Below, piece by piece: positions 9,055 through 16,124 of a DNA stretch of 56,468 bases. Under the pieces are notes generated by a model, which was not told the DNA's origin, searched no databases, and worked only from the letters and a program-made list of their open reading frames with translations. The DNA comes from a virus. Its lineage: Duplodnaviria > Caudoviricetes. The DNA lies in IMG/VR virus record IMGVR_UViG_3300008120_000119, positions 1 through 56,468 of that record; one strand, written 5' to 3'. The first letter of the stretch is position 1. Each line of letters starts with the position of its first letter. The translations under genes and the position numbers were made by a program.

Positions 9055-9344
9055 TGACTCCTATCCAGACATGGCAATTTTTAGTCACGACTAAGCTTGA
9101 TCTTAAGGCGTGGATGGTCTTGGAGTTGCTGTCGAAGTGCCAAGAAAAAACCATGATGACGGATCTTGTGAATGAGGCCAGTCGTACGCGACTATCGTCA
9201 CCGGCCACCACGTATAAGTGCATTGCAGCGCTAAGGAAGAGAGGGTTAGCCGCTCAAAAGAAGTACGCCAATCAAGATGAGCGCATCACATACATCAACA
9301 TCACAGAGAAAGGTAGGACTCTTTTAGAGGAGTGGGGGAAATGA
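9054..9344 (+). CDS. MarR-like winged-helix protein
   Basis: SPATTYKCIAALRKRGL...DERITYINITEKG. Confidence 0.7.
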   Translation: MTPIQTWQFLVTTKLDLKAWMVLELLSKCQEKTMMTDLVNEASRTRLSSPATTYKCIAALRKRGLAAQKKYANQDERITYINITEKGRTLLEEWGK

Positions 9345-9787
9345 GTGACGATCTACAAAAAAAATGGGACAGGTTTTTGGTGGAAGGTTTTTATTTGTTC
9401 CCGCATCACAACTTGATGTATTCAAGTCGTGTTTTTATGCTGAAAAATTCTGTTACGTATGATCAGTTAAAAAGTCTTAAAAGGGTTCCTAAGACTATTC
9501 ATCATGAGCGCGTGACGATCTCTAGATTTGTATGCGCCTTCCTCCCTACGATCGCTAAGGTGCTATGGGAACATACCGCTGATGAGATTGATAAGTTGTC
9601 AGAGGCCGTATCAAAACTCAAGAGCGATGCTAGAGAGACTCCTGTGGACAATGACAAGCGCAGACAAGAAAGAAACGAGATTACTCAATATCAAAATCAA
9701 GATCTTCGAGCCAAACAAAAGAAAATGGCCATGAGCAATTTATATGCAAAACATCGTCGAAGTAATCAATGGGGGGTTACGAAATGA
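9341..9787 (+). CDS. Hypothetical protein
   Basis: 148-aa ORF, translationally coupled, AT-richer than its flanks. Confidence 0.55.
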   Translation: MSDDLQKKWDRFLVEGFYLFPHHNLMYSSRVFMLKNSVTYDQLKSLKRVPKTIHHERVTISRFVCAFLPTIAKVLWEHTADEIDKLSEAVSKLKSDARETPVDNDKRRQERNEITQYQNQDLRAKQKKMAMSNLYAKHRRSNQWGVTK

Positions 9788-10041
9788 AAGATCTACGCAA
9801 CGCAGCAAAAAAGGCTTTAAACGTTTTAGAAACAACTTGGGGATGCGGAGACGAGGGGACGATTGAGCTTTGGAGTGAAACTAAAAAACAATTACGCCAA
9901 GCGTTGGCCAAACCTCGATGGACCGGGCTCACGATAGAAGAGTACGACGTAATCGCAAATGACAATGAAGTGTTCGATAACGATACGCTGTTGTGTCTTG
10001 TCCGCGACATAGAAAAAATATTGCGGGAGAAAAATAGTTGA
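9784..10041 (+). CDS. Hypothetical protein
   Basis: WTGLT.EE...IEKILREKN pattern common in betaproteobacterial phages. Confidence 0.6.
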   Translation: MKDLRNAAKKALNVLETTWGCGDEGTIELWSETKKQLRQALAKPRWTGLTIEEYDVIANDNEVFDNDTLLCLVRDIEKILREKNS

Positions 10042-10214
10042 TCTGTCCTGCGTGCGAATCGAGAACGCAACGATGCCTGGAGACTCGGACCTTCGTAGAC
10101 CCCAACAAGGGCTTTTACTACACCGAGCGCAGGCGTCGCTGCGTTGATTGCGAAACCATTTACAAGACCATAGAAGTCCCACTTGAAACCTGGATGGAGC
10201 AACAACAAAAATGA
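10038..10214 (+). CDS. Stand-alone NrdR-like zinc-ribbon protein (58 aa, not in ORF track)
   Basis: TTG start; CPAC...LETR...RRRRCVDC.TIYKTIE. Confidence 0.7.
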   Translation: MICPACESRTQRCLETRTFVDPNKGFYYTERRRRCVDCETIYKTIEVPLETWMEQQQK

Positions 10215-10537
10215 CTGACTGGTACAAGTTCAATCACGAGGAATATCGGCATGAAATACGTGGACTGGCTGATGCGGAGGATCTCGCCTACCGCAGACTC
10301 ATCGATCTTTATTACTCCAACGAAGGCCCTTTGCCTGCGGATAAGGCGGTCCTGGAGCGCATTGTTGCGTTGGAGTACGACTGCATTCACCCGGTCCTCA
10401 TCGCCTACTTCCAGCGCACAGAAGCAGGATGGGCGCATGGACGCCTGGATCAAGATCTTGCGAGACGCCAAGCAAAGGCCGCCCAGGCCAGAGCCGCGGG
10501 TAAGCGAGGTGGACGACCGAAATCAGTAGTGGTATAA
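10211..10537 (+). CDS. Short DUF1376 (YdaU-like) protein
   Basis: WYKFNHEEY...L...EDLAYRRLIDLYYSNEGPLP...GKRGGRPK. Confidence 0.75.
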   Translation: MTDWYKFNHEEYRHEIRGLADAEDLAYRRLIDLYYSNEGPLPADKAVLERIVALEYDCIHPVLIAYFQRTEAGWAHGRLDQDLARRQAKAAQARAAGKRGGRPKSVVV

Positions 10538-10539
10538 AA

Positions 10540-10680
10540 GACTTCGCGCCGTGAGAAGCGCATTGGAAGTCAGATGGCAGTCTTCATTGGGCTGGTCTAT
10601 CTGACCGTTTTGAACCCGTAAGGGTGCTGGCTTCCCGGAATTCTCACCGGATAGATCAGCACCAATGGAGATTGTCATGC
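10540..10680 (+). promoter_or_regulatory. Structured 5' leader sequestering the RBS and start codon of the replication initiator
   Basis: Stems 10574-10590/10662-10678 and 10591-10603/10648-10660; GTAA tetraloop hairpin 10614-10625; upstream hairpin 10540-10571. Confidence 0.7.
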
Positions 10681-11423
10681 ACTTTTATCAGTTCAACATA
10701 GGCGACTACAGACGAGACGCCTCCCACCTGACCCTGCTGGAGCATGGGGTCTACCGGCAACTGCTCGACACGTACTACCTCGACGAGAAGCCCCTCACCC
10801 AAGACTTGACCGCTCTTATGCGAACGCATTGCATACGCAGTGCGGAAGAACAGCAGGCGCTCAAAAACGTATTGAAAGACTTCTTCGACGACACCCCAGA
10901 GGGGTTTATCCACAGGGGTTGTGACCGCGTAATTGAGGCTTATCGCAAGAAATCCAGGATGGCCAGTGAGTCTGCGAAGGCCAGATGGAGCCAGTCTCAT
11001 GCGAACGCATTGCCAACGGAGAGCGAAAGCAATGCGGACGGCATGCTAACCAATAACCATAAACCAATAACCAATAACCAAGAACCAATAAAAAAACCTA
11101 TGCAACGCGGAACGCGTTTGCCAGCAGACAGCCCTCTCTCCGAGGATTGGATTTTGTTTTGCAGGCAGGAGAGGCCAGATCTGGTCCCTAGCGACGTCTA
11201 TGCGGAGTTCCGTGACTACTGGGTAGCCCAACCCGGTCAGAAGGGCGTGAAGACCGATTGGCCGGCTACCTGGAGGAACTGGGTACGCAGGCAGAAGGCA
11301 AAGCCGCAGCAGAGCGCTTGGCAGCAGAAGGAATCCCGTAAGCAGGACCACTACAACCAAATCTTCGGTGAAAGGAGCGATGATGGACGCACAATTGACG
11401 CCACTCCCCTTAGACTGGGTTAA
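10677..11423 (+). CDS. DUF1376 (YdaU-like) replication initiator
   Basis: MHFYQFNIGDY..DASHLTLLEHGVYRQLLD.YY; C-terminal FRDYW...K.DWPATWRNWVR domain. Confidence 0.85.
   Translation: MHFYQFNIGDYRRDASHLTLLEHGVYRQLLDTYYLDEKPLTQDLTALMRTHCIRSAEEQQALKNVLKDFFDDTPEGFIHRGCDRVIEAYRKKSRMASESAKARWSQSHANALPTESESNADGMLTNNHKPITNNQEPIKKPMQRGTRLPADSPLSEDWILFCRQERPDLVPSDVYAEFRDYWVAQPGQKGVKTDWPATWRNWVRRQKAKPQQSAWQQKESRKQDHYNQIFGERSDDGRTIDATPLRLG
11047..11088. repeat. Six tandem 7-bp (T/A/G)AACCA(A/T) units, candidate origin iterons
   Basis: TAACCAA TAACCAT AAACCAA TAACCAA TAACCAA GAACCAA followed by an A-run, inside the initiator gene. Confidence 0.6.
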
Positions 11424-11940
11424 GGCTATCTACCGCAGGCTGACCATGCTCTGGGGCGACCAGTTTGTCCGCAAGTGGGATGGCATACCGTTCGATGAGC
11501 TGATGGTCGCGTGGTCCGAGGAGCTGGCTGGGTACACCCCCGAAGAGCTCAAGTGCGGTCTGGCTGGCTGTAAGACCAAGACCTTCCCCGTGAGCTTCTC
11601 TGAGTTCATGGCGCTCTGCCGGCCACCATTGAACCCTGAAGACGGTTTCGCAGAGGCTATGGCTCAGTCGCAGCTCAGACCCATGGGCCGGGATAAGTGG
11701 AGCCACCCAGCGATCTTCTGGACCTACTACGCGCTGTCCTGGGAGTTTAAGAACCTGACGACCAGGGAGCTTGAGAAGCGCTGGGCGCCGGAGTTCAAGC
11801 GCATCATGGCCCAGGGTCAGTGGGAGCCGATACCCGAAGTGAAAACCGAGCTGGTTTCTTACACGCCCGAGCCAGAGGTCCGCAGCACTATCGGCCGTAA
11901 GGGGTTCGACGAGCTGATGAAGCGCTGGAGTGCGACTTGA
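11380..11940 (+). CDS. Putative helicase loader (lambda P-like position)
   Basis: Follows the initiator; W.EELAG....ELK.GL.......PVSFSEF.ALC and WSHPAIFW motifs. Confidence 0.55.
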   Translation: MMDAQLTPLPLDWVKAIYRRLTMLWGDQFVRKWDGIPFDELMVAWSEELAGYTPEELKCGLAGCKTKTFPVSFSEFMALCRPPLNPEDGFAEAMAQSQLRPMGRDKWSHPAIFWTYYALSWEFKNLTTRELEKRWAPEFKRIMAQGQWEPIPEVKTELVSYTPEPEVRSTIGRKGFDELMKRWSAT

Positions 11941-12311
11941 ACCACGTTGAGGTCAACCAGCAGGGCTGTAACGTCTTTGGCTGCCCGCTCATGGGTTCTT
12001 TGAGCCCCTGGGTAGGCAGCGGTCCTTACTACTGCCGGCACCACTATGGGCGCGACGCCTCGAAGAACCAGATCATCGTGGAGAAGCTCAAGCATTTTGG
12101 GGATCTGCTCGCCTACCTGGAGCTGACCAAGTCGTGTACCCAAGAATCGATGGCCGCCTATGATCGCGTGGCCAGGGCGATGAACCGTTCGGACCTTGCA
12201 CCCGGCACCGTGACAAACCGCGGCGGTAAGCAGATCAATGAGTGGGTGCAGCCAAGCTACCTGTACTGGCGCGTGCAGTCTGCGATCGGGAGGGAGATCC
12301 GTGAAGCTTAA
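11937..12311 (+). CDS. Hypothetical protein with Cys/His motif
   Basis: CNVFGCP...YYCRHH; coupled TTG start. Confidence 0.5.
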   Translation: MNHVEVNQQGCNVFGCPLMGSLSPWVGSGPYYCRHHYGRDASKNQIIVEKLKHFGDLLAYLELTKSCTQESMAAYDRVARAMNRSDLAPGTVTNRGGKQINEWVQPSYLYWRVQSAIGREIREA

Positions 12312-12936
12312 TCTAACCTTACCCTGGCCACCGAGCGTCAATCACTACTGGCGGAATTGGCAGGGTCGCACAGTGATCTCCCCAGAGGGTAGAAGGTACC
12401 GTAAGGCAGTCGAAGAAGAGGTGATGATTCTCAGAATGAACAAGAAACTAAACAAGCAACTCAAGGTGACGATCACGGCGTACCGGCCAGACAACCGGCG
12501 GCGAGATCTGGATAACCTACTGAAGGCGGTACTCGATGCCCTTACGCACGCCGGGGTGTATGAGGATGACCATCTGATCTGTGACCTGCGGATCTGCTGG
12601 GGGGCGGGCAACCTTAAAAAACTAGACATCAATATCGAGGAGGTTGAAAGTGACAACGACGGAAGAGAACCGCGACCCGCATCAGGCGATCGACTACATC
12701 ATCAAGCACGCACGCCACTTCGCAAAGGCGAAAGCGCAGAGGGTTTACATCGAGGAGTTCCGGAAGAGCCTGAAGGCGATACTCATGAAGAAGAGCGGCC
12801 AGGACACGGTGGGAGCCCAGGAACGGGAAGCGTACGCCGCGGAGGAGTACAAGGAGCTGCTGGTGGGATTGCGGGAGGCAACCGAAATCGAGGAAAAGCT
12901 CCGCTGGGACTTAATCGCCGCGCAGGCAAGGGTTGA
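12301..12936 (+). CDS. rusA: RusA Holliday junction resolvase with long C-terminal extension
   Basis: LPWPPSVNHYWR, PDNRRRDLDNLLKAVLDAL and EDD motifs; GTG start at 12301 after GGGAG. Confidence 0.9.
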   Translation: MKLNLTLPWPPSVNHYWRNWQGRTVISPEGRRYRKAVEEEVMILRMNKKLNKQLKVTITAYRPDNRRRDLDNLLKAVLDALTHAGVYEDDHLICDLRICWGAGNLKKLDINIEEVESDNDGREPRPASGDRLHHQARTPLRKGESAEGLHRGVPEEPEGDTHEEERPGHGGSPGTGSVRRGGVQGAAGGIAGGNRNRGKAPLGLNRRAGKG

Positions 12937-12991
12937 AGTCTGGCGCACTGAGCAGGCAAACTATAGGGCAGAGGGTAAAGCAACGATTTGA
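12650..12991 (+). CDS. Conserved hypothetical phage protein (helical)
   Basis: GAGGAGG RBS; AKAQRVYIEEFRKSLKAILM...QEREAYA...VEVWRT. Confidence 0.7.
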   Translation: MTTTEENRDPHQAIDYIIKHARHFAKAKAQRVYIEEFRKSLKAILMKKSGQDTVGAQEREAYAAEEYKELLVGLREATEIEEKLRWDLIAAQARVEVWRTEQANYRAEGKATI

Positions 12992-13066
12992 CGCGGGGTA
13001 GAGCAGTGGTAGCTCGTCGGGTTCATAGTCCGAAGGTCGTGGGTTCGACTCCCACCCCCGCCACCA
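12992..13066 (+). tRNA. tRNA-fMet (initiator, anticodon CAT) with encoded CCA
   Basis: Cloverleaf: CGCGGGG/CCCCGCC with 1:72 mismatch; D stem GAGC/GCTC (A11:U24); anticodon stem TCGGG/TCCGA; T arm GTGGG-TTCGACT-CCCAC; ACCA end. Confidence 0.92.
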
Positions 13067-13202
13067 ACACCGTCCAGCCGGAGGTGACGGGGCCTAGACA
13101 TCCGAACAACACCGGCAGCAGGGGCCACCATCCGGCCAAAGGGGGTCGGTTTACTCCAGGTGGTGACCCTGCACCCGTGTACCAATTCGGCGATTTAGTA
13201 CA

Positions 13203-13508
13203 TTGACCAACGAAGAGAAGAAGCACCTATCCCGCGTGGCCGACTTAGGCTGCGCTGTCTGCCGGCGGATGGGCTACCCAGGCACCCCAGCAGAGATCCA
13301 CCACAAAAGGGCAGGAACGGGGGCTGGGAGGCGCTCCAGCCACTGGGAGGCTATCCCACTATGCCCAGAGCACCATAGAGGCAACACGGGGCTCCACGGC
13401 CTCGGAACGAAGGGGTTCCCTAAGCACTGGGGGTTCGATGAAGACGACCTCCTAACAGATACCAGGGCATTGTTAAGCGATCTTTATCCTGGCCAACGCA
13501 TCAGTTAA
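13203..13508 (+). CDS. Ref-like RecA-dependent HNH nuclease (recombination enhancement)
   Basis: GCAVC...PAEIHH...IPLCPEHHRG..GLH. Confidence 0.8.
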   Translation: MTNEEKKHLSRVADLGCAVCRRMGYPGTPAEIHHKRAGTGAGRRSSHWEAIPLCPEHHRGNTGLHGLGTKGFPKHWGFDEDDLLTDTRALLSDLYPGQRIS

Positions 13509-13548
13509 AAAAGTCTGATGAAAAAAGTGGTCTTTTTTGCAAAAAAAC

Positions 13549-13612
13549 AGGGCTACCCCCTTGCATATCGTTTAACTAAGACTTACACTTTCATCACGGT
13601 CAATTAAGACCG
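13549..13612 (+). promoter_or_regulatory. Sigma70-type early promoter 1 with leader hairpin
   Basis: TTGCAT(13561)-17 nt-TACACT(13584); A/T-rich upstream region; CGGTC/GACCG hairpin. Confidence 0.75.
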
Positions 13613-13638
13613 GAACCAATCAAAGCGAGGGAAACGCA

Positions 13639-13941
13639 ATGAAAACTGAAACCGCAAACCTGATCACCGCCGCCCGTATCGACGAACTGGGTGCCCTGCT
13701 CAAGCAGATCAAAGAGCTCACCGACAAGGCCGACGCCATCAAGGATGACATCAAGGACTACGCCAATCTGTCCGGTGATCGCCGCTTCGAGGGCGACGCC
13801 TACGAGGCGCTCTACATTGAGTCCAACGTCTCGACGGTCAACTGGAAGAAGATCGCTGAGGAGCTCAAGATCCCGGCCGAGATCATCGCCAAGCACACCA
13901 AGACCGCGGCTCGTTTTAGCCTGAACGTCGACGCCAAGTAA
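13639..13941 (+). CDS. Hypothetical early protein
   Basis: 100 aa, strongly biased codons; IDELGALLKQIKEL...VNWKKIA. Confidence 0.75.
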   Translation: MKTETANLITAARIDELGALLKQIKELTDKADAIKDDIKDYANLSGDRRFEGDAYEALYIESNVSTVNWKKIAEELKIPAEIIAKHTKTAARFSLNVDAK

Positions 13942-13947
13942 ACCATA

Positions 13948-13980
13948 CGGGAGCCTCCGGGCTCCCTATTTAGGGAGAAA
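13948..13980 (+). repeat. Intergenic hairpin+RBS element, copy 1
   Basis: 13958-13980 is identical to 14291-14313 (CGGGCTCCCTATTTAGGGAGAAA). Confidence 0.85.
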
Positions 13981-13983
13981 AGA

Positions 13984-14274
13984 ATGTCTTTCCAACAAGC
14001 ACTCAAAGATTTCTCAGCAGTCGAATACCTGACCTACTTCGACCCGCCGGAGCACACAACGATCGGCGACCTCTGCTATCTCTGCCTGCACGAGCTGGAC
14101 CTGCACGCCGAGGGCGAGTATTGGCACCCGCTGAAGGAGCGCAGGGCGCTGCTGAAGTTCTGCCAGAAGTGGGGCCCGAAGACCGCGGACGGCATGGATT
14201 ACGCCAAGGAGGCCCAGATTCAGTTCGACCTGGGCAAAGACAAGAAGAAGGATGAGGCGTACACCCACGGCTAA
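13984..14274 (+). CDS. Hypothetical early protein
   Basis: 96 aa, AGGGAG RBS. Confidence 0.7.
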   Translation: MSFQQALKDFSAVEYLTYFDPPEHTTIGDLCYLCLHELDLHAEGEYWHPLKERRALLKFCQKWGPKTADGMDYAKEAQIQFDLGKDKKKDEAYTHG

Positions 14275-14276
14275 CA

Positions 14277-14313
14277 CGGGAGGGGGCCTTCGGGCTCCCT
14301 ATTTAGGGAGAAA
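14277..14313 (+). repeat. Intergenic hairpin+RBS element, copy 2
   Basis: GGGGGCC-TTCG-GGCTCCC hairpin and the 23-bp sequence identical to copy 1. Confidence 0.85.
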
Positions 14314-14315
14314 TC

Positions 14316-14519
14316 ATGATTCAAGATATGACTGCATTGAAAGGGACTGCGCCATGTGCGAAATGTGGCGCCACGCTTTGGAACGACCATGGTTGGGTGC
14401 TAGACGATGGGTCAATCGTTTGCCGGCGCGAAGACAAGTGTTTTAGTCGCGTGGTGGCCACAAAACTCGCCAAAGAAAAAGCGGCTGGGATTCTTCCGCC
14501 CTGGCGGAAAGCGGTTTAG
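14316..14519 (+). CDS. Small Cys-containing (zinc-finger-like) protein
   Basis: CAKC...C....C; RBS supplied by the repeat. Confidence 0.6.
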   Translation: MIQDMTALKGTAPCAKCGATLWNDHGWVLDDGSIVCRREDKCFSRVVATKLAKEKAAGILPPWRKAV

Positions 14520-14594
14520 GGTTTCCCCTAGTGCCCTGAGTTGCACAATCGTTTAATTCGGAGTTACACTATCGTCACAGTCAAATTCAGACTG
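14517..14594 (+). promoter_or_regulatory. Sigma70-type early promoter 2 with upstream inverted repeat and leader hairpin
   Basis: TAGGG-TTTC-CCCTA; TTGCAC(14541)-18 nt-TACACT(14565); CAGTC/GACTG hairpin. Confidence 0.7.
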
Positions 14595-14618
14595 CAACGC
14601 ACGAGGGAGATTTAAACC

Positions 14619-14906
14619 ATGAACATCATCGAAAACCTGATTGCCCGCATCGAGGACTACCGCACTACCAACAAGAACCCCTGCAAGAACTACGGCACGC
14701 AAGCCGCCGCCGAGAAGGCCACCGCCGCCGCCGCCGCTAAGGCTGGCACCTACTTTGACCGCAGTGGCGCACCAGCCCGCTACGTGGTGTTTTTCGACCA
14801 AGCCTGGGGCCGCTGGGTTGGCGCCCTGGACTACACCGAGCTCTTGGGTCGCAAGACCTCCCAGGGCGGTTACCTGGGCGCCGTGATTGGCTTTTACACC
14901 TACTAA
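14619..14906 (+). CDS. Hypothetical early protein
   Basis: 95 aa, GAGGGAG RBS, biased codons. Confidence 0.7.
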   Translation: MNIIENLIARIEDYRTTNKNPCKNYGTQAAAEKATAAAAAKAGTYFDRSGAPARYVVFFDQAWGRWVGALDYTELLGRKTSQGGYLGAVIGFYTY

Positions 14907-14948
14907 CTAACGGGGGGCTCCGGCCCCCACTAACGAGGGAGAACTACC

Positions 14949-15146
14949 ATGAATTTCAAAGACAAAGCAGCAGTACAGCAGCACGTGCAGGAAATGATCG
15001 GTCGCAGCGTTGACCCCGATGTTGTCGAATGGGTCTGCTCGTTTGCAACCTACGCGTACAGCCAGGGAGACGCCGACGGGTACCGTCAGTGCTGGGAAGG
15101 AGTCCAGAAGACGTTTGACGCCCTCTCCAATAAGGAGGCAGCATGA
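14949..15146 (+). CDS. Hypothetical protein
   Basis: 65 aa, preceded by a hairpin and GAGGGAG RBS. Confidence 0.65.
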   Translation: MNFKDKAAVQQHVQEMIGRSVDPDVVEWVCSFATYAYSQGDADGYRQCWEGVQKTFDALSNKEAA

Positions 15147-15409
15147 CACACACTCCAGGCCCCTGGATGCACATCCCTGCCGGCCGCTCCGGGTACGCAA
15201 TCTGTGCTCCGGCTACCGGTTCGGTCGTCACCACCGCGGATGAAGACGGTCGTTATGGGGTCATCGACTCCGAGCAGGACGCCCTTCTTATCGCCGCGGC
15301 GCCCGAGATGCTGGAGGCCCTCAAGGCCGCCCTGCCGTGGATAGACTCCGTCGTGGTTGCCGGTAAGGTTCGGGACGCCATCGCAAACGCCACCGGGAGG
15401 GGACAATGA
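15143..15409 (+). CDS. Hypothetical protein (HTPGPW...LIAAAPE family)
   Basis: MTHTPGPW and DALLIAAAPEMLEAL motifs. Confidence 0.8.
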   Translation: MTHTPGPWMHIPAGRSGYAICAPATGSVVTTADEDGRYGVIDSEQDALLIAAAPEMLEALKAALPWIDSVVVAGKVRDAIANATGRGQ

Positions 15410-15609
15410 GCGGAACCCCCCAGGAGCTGGTTGAGATCACCAACAAAGTGGGGGAGGTTATCGATGGCCACAACAGCGGCCTGATTGCCGTCTCCCTTTG
15501 CACAGTGCTGACCATGGTCGTCAAAGAATCCGGTATACCGCCCGGACACGTAATCGAGATGCTGGCCATAATGATAGGAGAGGGAGAGGATGAGACGACG
15601 CAGCACTAA
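15406..15609 (+). CDS. Hypothetical protein
   Basis: ATGA-coupled, 67 aa. Confidence 0.55.
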   Translation: MSGTPQELVEITNKVGEVIDGHNSGLIAVSLCTVLTMVVKESGIPPGHVIEMLAIMIGEGEDETTQH

Positions 15610-15790
15610 GGTATCGCTCTCTGACACTGACATTCACGTCATATCCAGAGCGATCTGGCACTACTACCGCGATCTTGAATCAGCGAACATGCCAGTGGCT
15701 GCGGGGCAGGTCTTAGAGGCCGGAGATCGATTCTTAAACGAGGTCTACGTGAAGGAGGGAAAGAATGAGACCGTACATCAAGGCAGGTGA
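15590..15790 (+). CDS. Hypothetical protein
   Basis: 66 aa with purine-rich RBS. Confidence 0.5.
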   Translation: MRRRSTKVSLSDTDIHVISRAIWHYYRDLESANMPVAAGQVLEAGDRFLNEVYVKEGKNETVHQGR

Positions 15791-15920
15791 CCTAATCACC
15801 AGAGAAGAGTGGATACAGATGCGACTTCGCGGTAAAATGAGGCGTGACGAGCCACCTGCATTAGTGGTGGCCGCGCTGGTAGCGGGGATCGTGTTTGTCG
15901 TGGGAATGATGTCGCTGTAA
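15765..15920 (+). CDS. Small membrane protein (51 aa, not in ORF track)
   Basis: AAGGAGG RBS; MRPYIKAG...ALVVAALVAGIVFVVGMMSL. Confidence 0.6.
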   Translation: MRPYIKAGDLITREEWIQMRLRGKMRRDEPPALVVAALVAGIVFVVGMMSL

Positions 15921-15965
15921 AAACCGTTTCGATATTCGACACGGTTAATTCAAATGGGAGAAACC

Positions 15966-16118
15966 ATGATCAAGAAAGCCTTGGCCCTAATTGGCGGACT
16001 GGCCGTCGCCACCAGCGTGTACGCAGCCTGTAGCACCTCGACCGTGACCTACAACGGCCGGATGGTAACGTGCACCACCTGCTGCTACGGCGGCAACTGC
16101 ACGACCAACTGCTTCTAA
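15966..16118 (+). CDS. Secreted six-cysteine peptide (50 aa, not in ORF track)
   Basis: GGGAG RBS; MIKKALALIGGLAVATSVYA/ACSTSTVTYNGRMVTCTTCCYGGNCTTNCF. Confidence 0.8.
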   Translation: MIKKALALIGGLAVATSVYAACSTSTVTYNGRMVTCTTCCYGGNCTTNCF

Positions 16119-16124
16119 AGACTT

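Noticed and set aside
12992-13066. attP site or stop-codon recoding linked to the tRNA
   Set aside because: No integrase was seen, the anticodon is CAT rather than a suppressor, and genes read normally in the standard bacterial code.
13067-13116. tRNA-associated theta ribozyme
   Set aside because: Only 4 nt separate the candidate P2 and P1 strands, leaving no room for P3/L3.
12988-13206. 72-aa ORF over the tRNA
   Set aside because: It coincides with the tRNA and its structured trailer and has no coding features.
13948-14313. CRISPR-like array from the 23-bp repeats
   Set aside because: Only two exact copies, separated by a whole gene, and no cas genes.
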